Positions 1 to 12,629 of a DNA stretch of 64,000 bases are shown piece after piece (positions within the stretch are counted from its first letter, which is position 1; every line of letters begins with the position of its first letter). Source of the DNA: Octopus sinensis. Its lineage: Eukaryota. A program made the position numbers and the translations under genes. The DNA is taken from the NCBI RefSeq assembly GCF_006345805.1, contig NC_042998.1:58590001-58654000 (forward strand), written 5' to 3'. The notes beneath the pieces were generated by a model. It worked only from the letters and a program-made list of their open reading frames with translations, did no database searches and was not told the DNA's origin.

Positions 1-768
1 CATCATTATTTTAACATCCACTTCTCCATGTTTGCACATGATGGATGAATTTATTGAGGTAAATCATCTATGGCTGGGTGCCTTTCCTGTCACCAACCCC
101 CTCATATTTCCAAGCAAGATAATGTTTCCCCATGGCCTGACATGCATGAATATATGATACAGCTTGTATGATAGTGACATTAATTTACAACTATCCCTCA
201 ATGTCAAAACAAAGAAAAATAAGCACACACATGCATGCACACACATACACACACAAATATGCACAAACACACACACACACATGCACGCACATTCATACAC
301 AGACATGTGTGCGTGTGTGTGTGTGTGTATATATATATATACACACACATATATGTATGACAGGCTTCTTTCAGTTTCCATCTACCAAATCCACTTACAA
401 AGGTTTGGTTGGCCTAAGACTATAATAGAAGACACTTGCTCAAGGTGCCATAGAGAGAGTTTGAACCCGGAATCATGTGACTGGAAAGCAAACTTCTAAC
501 CACACAGCCATGCCTGCACCTATATATAAATATGCAATGGGCTTCATTCAGTTTCCATCTACTAAATTTACATTCAAGGATTTGACAAGCCTAGGGTGAT
601 AGTAGAAGACACTTGTCCAAGGTGCCACATAGTGAGATTGAACACAAAACCATGTAGCTGGAAACAAAATTATTACCCACACAGCCATACCTGGTTCTAT
701 TCACACACATGTATATATGTGTGTGTGTGTGTGTGTATGTGTATATATATATATATATATATAATATA

Positions 769-1989
769 TTGGGTTGACAACGAAGTTCCTGCTGTTTTTT
801 TTTAACTTAAATTTTTTAAAAGGTTTAATAAAAAATAACAGCTAATTAATCAATAATGTATTCACCCCACCCATTTTCGACACGAAAAATTGATCTAACC
901 AAGCTCTCAATTCTGCATCAGTATTGAACAAAATTCCTTGCATTGCCTTTGAAAGAGATCAAAAGAGGTGGAAATTAGGAGAGAACGGTGGGTGTGGCAG
1001 CACTTACCAGCCATGCGTTTGAACAGCTTCCTTGGTCATATTGGCGATATGAAGGCGGGTGTTGTCGTGCAGCAGAAGAACTCCATGCTGACCATTAGGT
1101 CTGTTCTCTTGAATAGCCATGTTGAGTCATTCCATCTTTTGAACATAGAGTTCTGCATTGACTGTTTGGTTCCATTCAAGCAATTCGTAATGGATTATCC
1201 CTTCCCAGTCCCATCATACGCACAAAATCGCTTTAAGCGGATGAAGAGCTTGTTTCACGTGCAGTGTCGCTTGTTTGCCAGGGCTAAGCAATTCCTTATG
1301 CTGCTTCATATTGATGTACAGGCACTATTTTTCAATGCCAGTAACAATTCGGTAAAGAAATCGTTGTTTGTGTCCATGAGTTGAGCAGTGACGAGCAAGC
1401 AAACCAGTGGAGATTATGGCTCGCTGATTTTTGTTGTTGTCACTTAAAGCATGTGGAACCCATGCTCCATACTTCTGAACTTTTCCCATCGAGTTAAGAT
1501 GTTTCTCTATAGCAGTGTGGGAACATTCCATTTTCTCTGCCAGTTCCCTTACTGTTTGACGAAAATTTTCATGCAAAAGTTGATTTAATCGCTCTTCATC
1601 GAACTCAACTGGACGACCAGGATAAGGTGCACCTTTGTGATCAAAATTTCCATTTTTGAACTTGGCATACCAATCATGAGTGGTTCTTTCAGCTATAGCC
1701 CTCTCTCGATAAACAGCACAAATGTCACGAGCAGCTTTTGCGGCCTTAGAATCTTGGTTAAAAGCTAAAAGAAGGAAGTGTCGAAAATGCACATTTTTCT
1801 TAACTTGACATTCCATTTTAATGATCTGAAAATAAACAAAAGCTAACTAAAATTAACTAGTAAAAAAAAACAAAATAGATTCCAGAATGATTCAAAAATA
1901 GAATTCTCAAGAACAATAGATTCCAAAATTTAAAAATGCAATAAATTCCAAAATTAAAAAAAACAACAGGAACTCAGTTGCAGACCCAA
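769..1989 (-). mobile_element. Full-length defective mariner DNA transposon
   Basis: Imperfect ~30-bp TIRs (ttgggttgacaacgaagttcctgctg / caacaggaactcagttgcagacccaa) flanked by TA. Minus-strand transposase with WVPHAL, IVTG(I)EK*, LLHDN; several stops; YSPDLAPSD region collapsed to FSPNFHLF. Confidence 0.93.
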
Positions 1990-3618
1990 TATATGGATTA
2001 TTTGAAGTGGTATACAGATTGTATACATTAAGAAAAGAAGGTAGTCAGGATTTGGGATCTAAAACTAAAGGGAACTAAGGAGCATGGCTATATAATATGT
2101 CTATAATGACTATATGCCCTGGTGATGTTTGATCAGAGGTTAAGGACAGATGAGAATTAATTCTGCAATGCAATCATTTTATTGTACCAGTCCCAATTTG
2201 AATTCCAACTGTTGGCCAATTTGTTCCAAACTTCTTATCTCAATGTAAAATTAACAAAGTGAATGTCATTTATCTCCCCCTTGATCTCTGATATCCTCTG
2301 ACAAATGCCAACCAAGATGGTGTGAATCAGCCAAAGCTTTACCTACTAGAAAGAGCAACCTAAATGCTTGTAAATCATACCCCACTGCTGGTTGTTCAAG
2401 AGCCAAATAAAGGGTAGATTTTCAATCCCAAGATCATTCTGATTCCAAAAAGGTGTAATATGTTTATATAGAGCAAATGTAGATTCAGATACATGGGGCC
2501 CCAGACAGACAGAATTTCATGTTTATTATTATAGATATATAACAATCAAAGAAATCAAGGTGGCAACATCACATTTATTAATTAGTTATGACCATTTCAA
2601 TTACTGATGTAATGGTGACATCAATTAACAAGCTAGATCATATGCACGTAAATTATAGGAGATACATAAAGATTACTTAGGACCATGAAATATTAAAAGT
2701 CATCTTTGTTTGATTTCTTGAATCTCCCTTCTTTTCTCTGTGTGTGTGTGTGTGTGTATTTGTACGTGTGTGCGCACGTGCACCTCCTTGTCTTAACATC
2801 ATGCTGTAAACAAGTGTCACTATCCTACAAACTCTCCTATTTGTTTCTAATCTCTGTGAAACTACGTCTGGCTATGGAGAAATACTAACTTGTTTGGAAA
2901 CAGATGTCGGTTGGCAACAGAAAGACATCCACCTCTAGAAAACCTGCCTTAACAACGAATTCTGTATGACCCATGCAATCATAGGAAAGTAGAAGTTAAA
3001 ATGATGATGGTGACAGATACATGTATGTGTATATAGCACTGTGTAACAAAATTTTAATTTTTTTTGTTTTTAGTCAGTGTTTTTTTTCCTATTTGCTTCT
3101 ATCTAGAAATCAAAGGAAATGGCTACTATTCCCTTCAAACTTTGCTTTTGTGACCTGAATATCAATGTTTTGAAACTGACCTATTTTCTATTTCATTTCA
3201 GACAGATTCAGCGCTGAGTTGCTGAAGCAGAAATATCGTTATAGCAAATATTCTGCTCCATACCACAGATTTGCTTGTTAGCTGCTTGACCATAACCACT
3301 TGAGAATGTCTCTTAGTGGCTGACACTATGTGCATCTCTGATCACGAGCAGGAGTAGTGGGGGAGCATCATAGCCATGTGTTGAGAAGGATTTCTTGAGG
3401 TTTGAATAAATGTAACAAAAGCAAAGTTTGAAGGAAATGTTAACCGTTTTTCATACTTTCTAGGGGCAAGCAAATAGGAAATAAAAGTTGCTATCCAAGG
3501 ATAAAAATTGTGTCATAACATGTAATCAATCACTAATGTGATACTGTAAGTATATATGTTGAGATGGATATATATAAATATACTTATACACATAAAAGAA
3601 AACAATTTCTCTTTTAAG

Positions 3619-3763
3619 TTACAGAGAAATCGGAATTGAACATTACACCTGCAATGATGAGGTCACGTCGAGGAGATTCCACGCCACCAGCTTACCTTCT
3701 GTCATCAATGAATGAGAACAAATCCAAAGCATTGTGTCGGCGCTGTCCAAATGGATTGATTAC
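3619..3763 (+). CDS. PLCE1: PLC-epsilon exon, Y-box region (TEKSELNITPAMMRSRRGDSTPPAYLLSSMNENKSKALCRRCPNGLIT)
   Basis: SSMNENKSKALCRR resembles the PLC-epsilon Y-box motif SSLNENxAKxLCRR. Acceptor ttctcttttaAG at 3617-3618; an in-frame alternative tacAG at 3623-3624 would start the exon at 3625. Ends in phase 2 before ATATCCTTT. Confidence 0.9.
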
Positions 3764-4353
3764 ATATCCTTTAAATACAAACAACCTTTATTTTTTTGTC
3801 TTTTTAACAACAAGAAAAACAATGAAGAACAGGCACATACAAAATACATTTTGAAATTTAAAATTTTCTTTTACATGCTTCTGTAAGTATCTGTGTGAGA
3901 TTCAGTTTTAGCAAAGATGGAAATAGCATCTGAGTTAGTCTCTGTTCAAGAGGCAGAATAATTTAAAAGTTATGTGTACAATATGCTATGTATTTGAATT
4001 GGATATATGAAATGAGATAACCTTAAAAAGATTAGAATCCAGGATATAAAAATGCTCTAAGAAGTGAATCAAAAAGTCATGAGGAGACAGAAACTGAAAG
4101 AAGCCCATCGTGTGTATATATATATATATGTGTGTGTATCCACCATTGCTTGACAACCGATGTTGGTGTGTTTATGTCCCCAAAACTTAGCAGTTCAGCA
4201 ACGGAGGCTGATAGAATAAATACCAGGCTTACAAAGAATAAGTCTTGGGGTCGATTTTTTCAACTAAAGATGGTGCCGCAAGATGACTGAAATGTGTAAA
4301 AGAGCAAAAGAATAAAAGAGTACACACACACACACAAAAACACAATTATATAT

Positions 4354-4413
<60 letters not shown>

Positions 4414-4840
4414 TTATGTAGTAAGGTTTCAACAAGTAGAATAGCACTCAATCAGCTAAGAGAGTAGAGATAATGCTATAATAAAAACCACAAGTCTTGT
4501 TAATTACAGCTATCCCGGGTTTCCTGGTTGAAATATTTAAAGGTTTTGGCCACAAAGTCCCAGGTAGTTGTAATTAACAAGGCTTGTGGTTTTTATTATT
4601 ATTATATATATATATATATATACATATTATTTTATTCTTTTACATGTTTCAGTCATTTCACTGCGGTTATGCTGGAGCACTACCTTAAAGGGTTTTAGTT
4701 GAGGAAATCAACCTCAGGATTTATTCTTTGTAAGCCCAGTACTTATTCTATCAGTCTCTTTTGCCGAACTAAGTTACTCTGATGTAAACATACCAACATC
4801 GGTTGCCAAATGATGGTGGGGGACAAACACAGACACATAA

Positions 4841-4871
<31 letters not shown>

Positions 4872-5058
4872 ACGGGCTTCTTTCAGTTTCCCTCTACCAT
4901 ATCTACTCACAAGGCTTTGGTCAGCCTGGGACTATAGTAGAAGACACTAACCCAAGGTTCCACACAGTGGGACTAAATCCAGAACCATGTGGTTGGGAAT
5001 CAAGCTTCTTTCCATACAGCCATGCCTGCACCTATAAAGTCACACCTGTGCCCATACT

Positions 5059-5225
5059 CAATCACTAGTATGATACTGTAAGTATATATGATGAGATGGA
5101 TGTAAATACATTGAAATGCATAAATGAAAGCAGAGAAATTGGAACTGAATGATATTCCTGCAATGATGAGATCATAGCAAGAAGATTCCCCTCTACCTGC
5201 TTACCTTCTATCATCAATGAATGAG
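5059..5225 (+). pseudogene. Decayed partial duplicate (pseudo-exon) of the 3619-3763 exon plus upstream intron
   Basis: Aligns to 3527-3716. Translates AEKLELNDIPAMMRS*QEDSPLPAYLLSSMNE versus TEKSELNITPAMMRSRRGDSTPPAYLLSSMNE; in-frame TAG at 5175-5177; about 80% nucleotide identity over 96 nt by manual count. Confidence 0.9.
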
Positions 5226-6223
5226 TAGGGTGGTTGAATAAAAAATCATGGCCTTGGCTGGTCTTACTTCTGAAAGAACTGTCTTGAAAACAAATCTGAG
5301 AATTCTGCCCCCACACACAAACCTCACAGGAATAAATGTGTAATGAAGGTTGGTGGATAGGTGGATAGGTGGATAGAATCCATGGATGGATAGAAGTTTC
5401 AAATTCCAAAACACTGAAGTGATTTTCTGAAGTGAAATTGTGCCTGAAATTGCAAACTGCCAACTTTGAACTGAAATTTAATTTCATAAATGTAATTGTT
5501 TCAAACTCAATTTTCAGCCCTTTTAAAATTTCATTTTAATCCAAAATTTAATTTCAGTTTATTAAAACTAGAATAACATTTGCCTTTTGATTTTGATTTC
5601 ATGAAGTATTACAACCTTTACTAAATATTAAATCAACAGTGTGTTAATGAGTCAGTACATTAGTGAATGACTTGAGTGGGGTGCAAATCAAATATATTTG
5701 AGGAATCAGCTTGCTGGAGATAAAAATCTTGTTGTGGTGTCAGGATGTTAACCTTTTTTTTTATCATATTCTGTTGAAACTTTGTTTCAATTAATTGTTT
5801 AAAATATGAAGAATTTAACCTGTTGCTTGGAACAAATTAACATGAAATTTTGATTGGAGATTTTAATTTAGATTACTTAAAAGCAGGAAGTTGTGTCATA
5901 GAACCAGATGCATTTCAGGTGAGAAGTTGTCAAGAGGGTTTAAAAGAGGATTAAGTGTAAGTGGAGTAGCTGATGAAATTTTGGGAAAGTTTTATAAATC
6001 TGCTTGCGATTTTTTATGTCAATAAGAGATGTAAATGACAGTGAATTATACAGGCTGTTGAAAATCTCAAATATTCAGTGTTGTACTAGTTAAATTGGTA
6101 CAGACAAATGAAAGAATTCACAAAAAGTTAACAATGAAATCACTGACAACAGCAACTTTACCCTTTAGTATTTAGATTTCTCTGTCAAAAGTTATGTTTG
6201 TTTATTAACATTGTTTTGAATTA

Positions 6224-6732
6224 CCATAAATCCTCAAGTACAGTCTGCACTTGAGTATAATATGCAGGGAATTTTTAGGGGGTGGTACTTCTGAAAAACC
6301 TAAATCTTGTGTATAATGCTCATCCCTTCTCTAACTTGAGTCGTGCGTAATTAAGCCAGCAGCACCTAGTCGAACAAACACTTCCGCGCATGCATAATAC
6401 AATAACGGTGATGTTCTTAATTGTTATATGGGAATATAAATATGTTTGCAAATTGTTTTTGTTACATGTTATTCTATGTTCTGAATACTTTTATTTTAAT
6501 AAATGTTGCTTACTGCAAGTTATGGACGATTCTTTTATGACTTCATTGCTTTCAGGCTTAGCTTAAGGTATTTTCTCGCCCGACATCACAAAATGCGTTT
6601 GAATAAACATTGCCGGACAGCAAATAGAGACTCGGACATTGCTTAGAAAATATTTTTCATTTTTAACCTCGTATATAGTACGCACTAGGGATTTTGGGGA
6701 AAAAAATGCGGATTATACTTGAGGATTTATGG
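6224..6732. mobile_element. pogo/Tigger-like MITE, copy 1
   Basis: TIRs ccataaatcctcaagta / tacttgaggatttatgg with TA flanks; opposite orientation to 47734-48245. Confidence 0.75.
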
Positions 6733-8157
6733 TACGCATGCATTACCTTTGTAGTTTTGTGATTTCAATGAAGTGATTGCTTATTTTTAAACTGACTTCC
6801 TGGGATAGGTATGAGAGGACAGGTTTGACCAGTTTGAACATAAAGCAGGTAGAAATATTTGGGGCTGAATATGGCTGTTTTAAATACTAAAGGGTTAAAG
6901 TATTCAAATGGAAGTTCTCAGTGTATGACATGAGATTGAGAAGCAATCTATAATGATTGTGGTTTTGTTATCTTCCCAATTTCAGAGAACTCAAACTCAA
7001 CACTTCAAAGTCCTTTTGTTATTCCATACTTAATAATCATACAGTAATAATTTCTGGCATCCTCTCAATACATATTTTCATATATATAGATTGAGCCTGT
7101 GAATACAGTCTTTTATAGATTACAGACTTTTGACAATTTCATTTAGTAGCCTGGCACCCTGTCAACCCATTTTTTCTGTGGGACTCTTTACTAAGGGTAT
7201 CTTGAATATGTCAAATAGTGCTGAAAGGATCTTAGTTCATTTAGAATTCACCTCCATGCTTTAGTAAGATGTTAAAGAAAACAGTATTATAAAAGAAGAG
7301 TCAAAGGTAGAGGGTGATACATTTTTAGTGAACATACAGAATTTAGTGGTTAGTGTGTTTGGCTCATGGAATCAAGGGTTCAATACCTGGAACAAACAGT
7401 GTATTGTATTTTTGTACAAGAAACTTCATTTCACATTGCTCCACTCTGTTGCAGCAACCATCTAGTGTCCAACTACGATGAGTACCAGCTGGATATTTGT
7501 GCAACCCTCTATCCCTCTAGGTGTCACATCCTGGATGTTCTGATGGCTCAAAGGTGAGGTATTTAAACAATTAATGAGAGCTCAGTTGTGAATTATGTGA
7601 AATATACTTATCAAAAACATGACACAGCATAAATGTTTTCAGTTGTACATACTTAACAACAGTGACTCTGGACATCATGGTAACTTCATCCAAACCTACA
7701 TTAACATGTCGGGATGGATGAAAAGGCAGTGGGGGCAGTAATAATGAGGAAATTTACACTTATCTTTTGTAATCATCATTAATACTACTGAAGGTTTAGC
7801 TAAATGAATGACAGGGATAACTGTGATGATGATGATGGTGGTGGTGGTGGTGATGGTTGTGATGGTGGAGATGATACAACAGAGAGAATGAAGAGGAGTT
7901 GGTAGAGGTAAACAAAAGAAAATGATCATTATGATAATATTGTGACACAACAATAAAGATTGTAATTATAGCAATGATAATCATCATCAGTATGATCAAT
8001 ATCCTTGTGTTGTTCTTGATCATCATCATGATTAAGATGATGATATTATGACAATAATAACAATAATATTGATGAGGATGATAAAAGAAGATGCTGATGG
8101 TGGTGTTGACAATGATGAGAATAATGAACAATTGTTATATTTCCTTAATGATGTCAC

Positions 8158-8282
8158 TCATACAGAGAAACAACTGATGAGAACGTATCCGGCTGGAGTA
8201 AGAATAGATTCTTCCAATTTTAACCCAATGCAGTTTTGGATATTTGGAATACAAATGGTAGCTCTTAATTACCAAACTGAAG
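8158..8282 (+). CDS. PLCE1: PLC-epsilon exon, Y box ([41 protein letters not shown])
   Basis: Hallmark PI-PLC Y-box motif RTYP.G.RIDSSN.NP..FW..GIQ.VALNYQT. AC acceptor upstream, GTAAGA donor at 8283, phase 1. Confidence 0.96.
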
Positions 8283-9752
8283 GTAAGAAGCATGAATATG
8301 AAACTAAAACTTTAGATCTGAAATTATACAGCTGCCTTTTTTTTCTTTTTTTTTTTTCTTCGTTAAAGTCATCAGAGAAGGTGGGATATTATCTTTTATC
8401 TACACAGGTCCTCTGCCTCAGACATGTGAGATTGGTACAGCTGAAACCTAGCCTGGACATCTACAAGTCAATGTCTTCATAAAATGACATTGAGCAGAGA
8501 GGGTCCTGGAAACTTTGTCTGAATGCTTGCATAAGAGGGAATTCGGTTAAAGGCCCTCAAGAATCAGGTTGTGGTGTTAAACAGGATGACTTAGTAGGGT
8601 CACTACTAAAACTGAATAAACGAGAGTGTGGACTCAGAAAATTCTTTGTAAAATCTGCTATTTGTTTGCAGGATTTTTTTTTTTGTTTTTATTTGTTTCA
8701 ATCACTTGACTACAGCCATGCTGGAGCACTGCCTTGAAGAAATTTTAGTCAAATGAATTCACCCCAATACTTATTCTATTGGTCACTTTTGCTGAACTGC
8801 GAGGTTACTGGGATGTAATCACACCAACAACTGCTGCCAAGCAGTGGTGGGAACAAACACAAAGACACTTACATGCATCATCATCGTCATAATCATCATC
8901 ATCATCATCATCACCATCAATGTCCATCCTCCATTCTTGCATGGGTTGGACAGTTTGACAGGAGCCGGCCTGGTTAAAGCCTACACCAGGCAACTGTCTG
9001 TTTTGGCATAGTTTTTATAGCTGGTTGCCCTTCCTAACACCAACCACCCTGTAGAGTGGACATTTTATGTGACACCAGCACAAGCGAGGTCAGTTTTGGC
9101 ATGGTTTTTACACCTAGATGCCCTTCCAAATGTCAACTACTAACAGGGATTTGGTCAGTCCAAGGGTATAGTAGAAGACACTTGCCCAAGGTGTCATACA
9201 CTGAGCCTGAACCCAGAAACATGTGGTTGGGAAGTAAGCTTTTTACTACATAGCCATGTCTGCACCTATGAATCAAATTTTGTAATCTTTGAACAGATTT
9301 CATATATCAAGTGGTGTTAGTATTGTTATTTAGAGATTTAAGACTAAATAGAAGGATTACTGAAATGATAACAGAGTGCTTGACTTCACAGATGAGGCAA
9401 AATATAGACATGGGAATTGTTAATAATGAAATGTCATGGGATAAAATTACGAATAATACAGGGCAACACTAAGTGTGCCTAAGTGCTCTAAATATAGCAA
9501 ATTTTTTTCAGGGGGAAGAGGTTAGTCATTTATATTCTACTATTGGTACAAGGCCTTAAATTTTGGGGTAGGAGTTAAGTCGATTACATCGACCCCAGAG
9601 CTCAACTGGTACTTATTTAATTGACCCCAAAAGGATGAAAGACAAAGTCAACCTTGGCAGAATTTGAACTCAGAACCTCAAAACAGACGAAATGCCACTA
9701 AGCATTATTCCCAGTGTACTAACAATTCTGCCAACTCGGTGTCTTAACAACG

Positions 9753-9878
9753 GTGATGATGATGATGATGATTATGAGTACGACGATGATGATGACGATG
9801 ATGATGACGACAATGATGATGATGACAATGATGATGATGACAATGACGATGATGATGACAATGATGATGATGAGGACA

Positions 9879-9910
<32 letters not shown>

Positions 9911-9912
9911 AA
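9753..9912. repeat. (GAT/GAC/AAT)n trinucleotide microsatellite
   Basis: Direct reading of the sequence. Confidence 0.95.
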
Positions 9913-10659
9913 TTTCTAGTTTTGTTACAAGGCCAGTGATTTTTAGTGGGAAGGGCTTAGTCAAGCACATCAACCCAAGTATTTGACTGGTATATTATTT
10001 TATCGGCCTCTGAAAGGATGAAGTACTGGAAGAAGTACTGCAAGTCATTTTTTTTTTCACAACACTCTATTGAGTTTGCCAGCCAAGTTTCACCTCCAAT
10101 AAAACAACATAGCACACATTCTCACATAACTGATACACACCAGCCACTCACAACAACTTACCATTGTCCAAACATTTGACCTAAATCTCCAGTCTGAGGA
10201 TAGCTAGCTTTTACAAGCATTAAAGACATTGAAAAGAAGTCATTAGTGCTGGTTACCCAGCCCTTAAAATAAATACATTAAAATAATGTGCAGTATGATC
10301 TTTTGTTAGGTGGAGGTATAGAAAATTTGGGAATGATACATAATGGTTAAGCTATGTGCATGATTTAGGTCATCAGAGCTGACTTGAGACAACATGACAG
10401 CAATAGCAATAAATGTTGGCCCTTCTTTACAAAATTTTGCAGAGCCCTTATTTATGCCTGCCTGAAATAAGAGATATTTAAAGAAAAGGAAAATAGTAAT
10501 TGCCTTCTTAGTATCTCTTATTTCTAAAACTCCAAACAGCTTAGATATAGTAGAATATTGTTGTGGTTTTAAAATTACCTTCCATCATAGTTAATTGGAA
10601 AGTAATTAAAAAGAATAGTGATTAACTTTAATATGAAAATATTTCCCTTTTACTTTCAG

Positions 10660-10823
10660 ACACAGCCATGGCACTGAATACGACATTGTTTGAACAGAAT
10701 AGAAAATGTGGACTAGTATTGAAACCTGAAGTTATGTGGGATAAGAATCATGTCATGTACACACGATTCAGTCCATTTGATAAAGAATTTGATGGGATTC
10801 ATGCAACGGTGCTCACACTTCAT
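10660..10823 (+). CDS. PLCE1: PLC-epsilon exon, end of Y box and linker to C2 (DTAMALNTTLFEQNRKCGLVLKPEVMWDK...LTLH)
   Basis: tttactttcAG acceptor and GTAAGT donor at 10824; phases fit both neighbours; F..N..CG.VLKP..W motif. Confidence 0.96.
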
Positions 10824-11006
10824 GTAAGTGTTCTTTCTAAGTCAGGCTAACATTTTCTTACAGCTTCAGAAATTTTCTTTTAACCAAGTCATGATGTTTT
10901 GATGTCAAGTTTTTCTCATTTACAGTAATGTTTAGAATAATATATTTCAAGAAAGAATATTTTTAAAAATGCTTTTGATCTGGTTTGCTATAAGAGAATA
11001 AATAGA

Positions 11007-11053
<47 letters not shown>

Positions 11054-12238
11054 ATAGATAAATAAATAAATAGATAAAATCAGCAAAACACATGAAGATT
11101 TCTTATATAGGTGTAAGGACAATTTACATCTTACAGCTGCATAATTTACATACGTAAAAGAACACATGCAAAATTTGAACTAAAAATTTAAGGTGTAACT
11201 AAAATTAGTCCAACACTTTCCTGTACCAACCATCTCAACATTTATGAGCAATAACATATTTACAACATTAGGACAAGAGACATGGGTGCAAGCATGTCAT
11301 TTTCTTTTTATCTTTTTTTTAGTCAGGAAGGAAAGAATTACCCATGACCCTCAGTGGGCCCCTGAGATAAGTGGAAAGGAGAGAGGAAAGTATCCTCAAA
11401 CCAGAGACCTGGCCTGAATGCTTACACCAATGTAAACTCAGCTAAAGGAACTCACAGCACCAGGTGGTGGTGTTAAACAATGTGATCGACTGAGTCTATC
11501 CCCTAAGCAGTCCATAGCAGGATTTGAACTTAAAAGGCAAAAAGAAACTAGAATAGCTACCACAGAATATCCAGTCTGATGTCCTTACAGTTTCACTAAC
11601 CCATATTCTGGACTGATATTTTGTTAATGCCAAAAAAAATGCAAGACAAAGTTGATATCAGCAGGATTTGAACTCAGGTTCTGAGAGCCAGAACAAATAC
11701 ACAAGGCATTCTCTGATGCTCTAATGGCTAAGAACATCACTTTGAAATTACATGTTTTTCATTTTAATCCCACTTTGCATTACTTAGAGCAAGTGTCTTC
11801 TCTCACAGTTTGAGAATAAACAAAGCCTTGTTGGGTTAAATTTGGTTGATGGAAATTATGTGGAGACCTTAGAAGGATCATTCCTGTTCCTAGATTGTAG
11901 ATTTGATGTGTTGCCCTGTTTAACACCACATCCTTGTCTTTGGATGCCTTAGGCAGAACCCACTCTGTCTCAATTATCCTGAATATAACTTCTTTCCTTC
12001 TTCCTGCCATTCACAGAGACTTGAAAATTGGCACAGTTACTGCCCCTCCCACTCTCTTAAAACAGTAAAACATTATTTTAAAATACGCAAGTCAAAATAT
12101 ACTTGCTCAAACAAAACAACAATGAAGACAATACAAGAAAACCATAAGATGCAGTGAAAAACAGTAGAGACTTATGGTGGCACACCAGCATGGCCATACC
12201 TATAAGGACTTAGTGGTACTGTGGATCTGTGGAACTAA

Positions 12239-12629
12239 TCTATATATATATATATATATATGAAGCTGAAGTTGTCTGTGTATGGCAGGTTTGGTGGCCT
12301 TCAACTAACACTATCTCCTCCGAGACCCTGCAGCACAAGTTGACCAAAACTGAAAGTAAGATAGAAGAAGGCTCGCTCTTCATTCCGTAGAAGATAAAAT
12401 TCAAATTGGACCATGTTAGCACCAAAAATTATTTACATCAAAAAGGTGCTTTTTTTCTATGAAAATCCCTATTTTTTACGATTTTTTGACTGCTGTGTCG
12501 CCATTTTTCGGTGTATTTCAACCAGAAAAATGTTCACTTAAAGAGAATAACAAGCTACATAATGCAAAATTTTTACTTTTCAAAACTTCAAATTCTAAAG
12601 AGTCAAGCAACGCTGGGCTATACCGCTAG
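12239..12629 (+). mobile_element. Short non-autonomous Helitron
   Basis: Starts TC(tatatata) after A; ends ...agcaacgctgggctataccgCTAG before T; no TSD; second copy at 24616-24978. Confidence 0.8.

Larger units (their letters stand above)
3764..8157 (+). other. U12-type (minor spliceosome) AT-AC intron of PLC-epsilon
   Basis: 5' end ATATCCTTT (3764-3772) matches the U12 donor consensus RTATCCTTT. Branch-site TTCCTTAAT at 8141-8149 and terminal AC at 8156-8157. Removal joins ATT AC|T CAT ACA GAG to restore ...[15 protein letters not shown] in frame. Confidence 0.93.

Noticed and set aside
64-499. ORFs rich in HT/YI/CV/poly-I/poly-M/poly-D repeats here and throughout the ORF track
   Set aside because: They are translations of CA, TA, TACA, GAT and ATT microsatellites with no coding signal.
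968-1384. 138-aa plus-strand ORF
   Set aside because: It is the antisense shadow of the mariner transposase on the minus strand.
3190-3390. Strong-looking acceptor (ttcatttcag) that might start an upstream PLC exon
   Set aside because: No PLC-like translation follows in any frame I checked; the segment looks like a dispersed repeat.
8048-8165. ORF extension upstream of the Y-box exon, or a conventional AG acceptor at 8164-8165
   Set aside because: The extension is Asp/Asn-rich trinucleotide sequence. The AG would drop conserved His-Thr and need a phase-1 GT donor that the upstream exon lacks. The AT-AC solution fits exactly.
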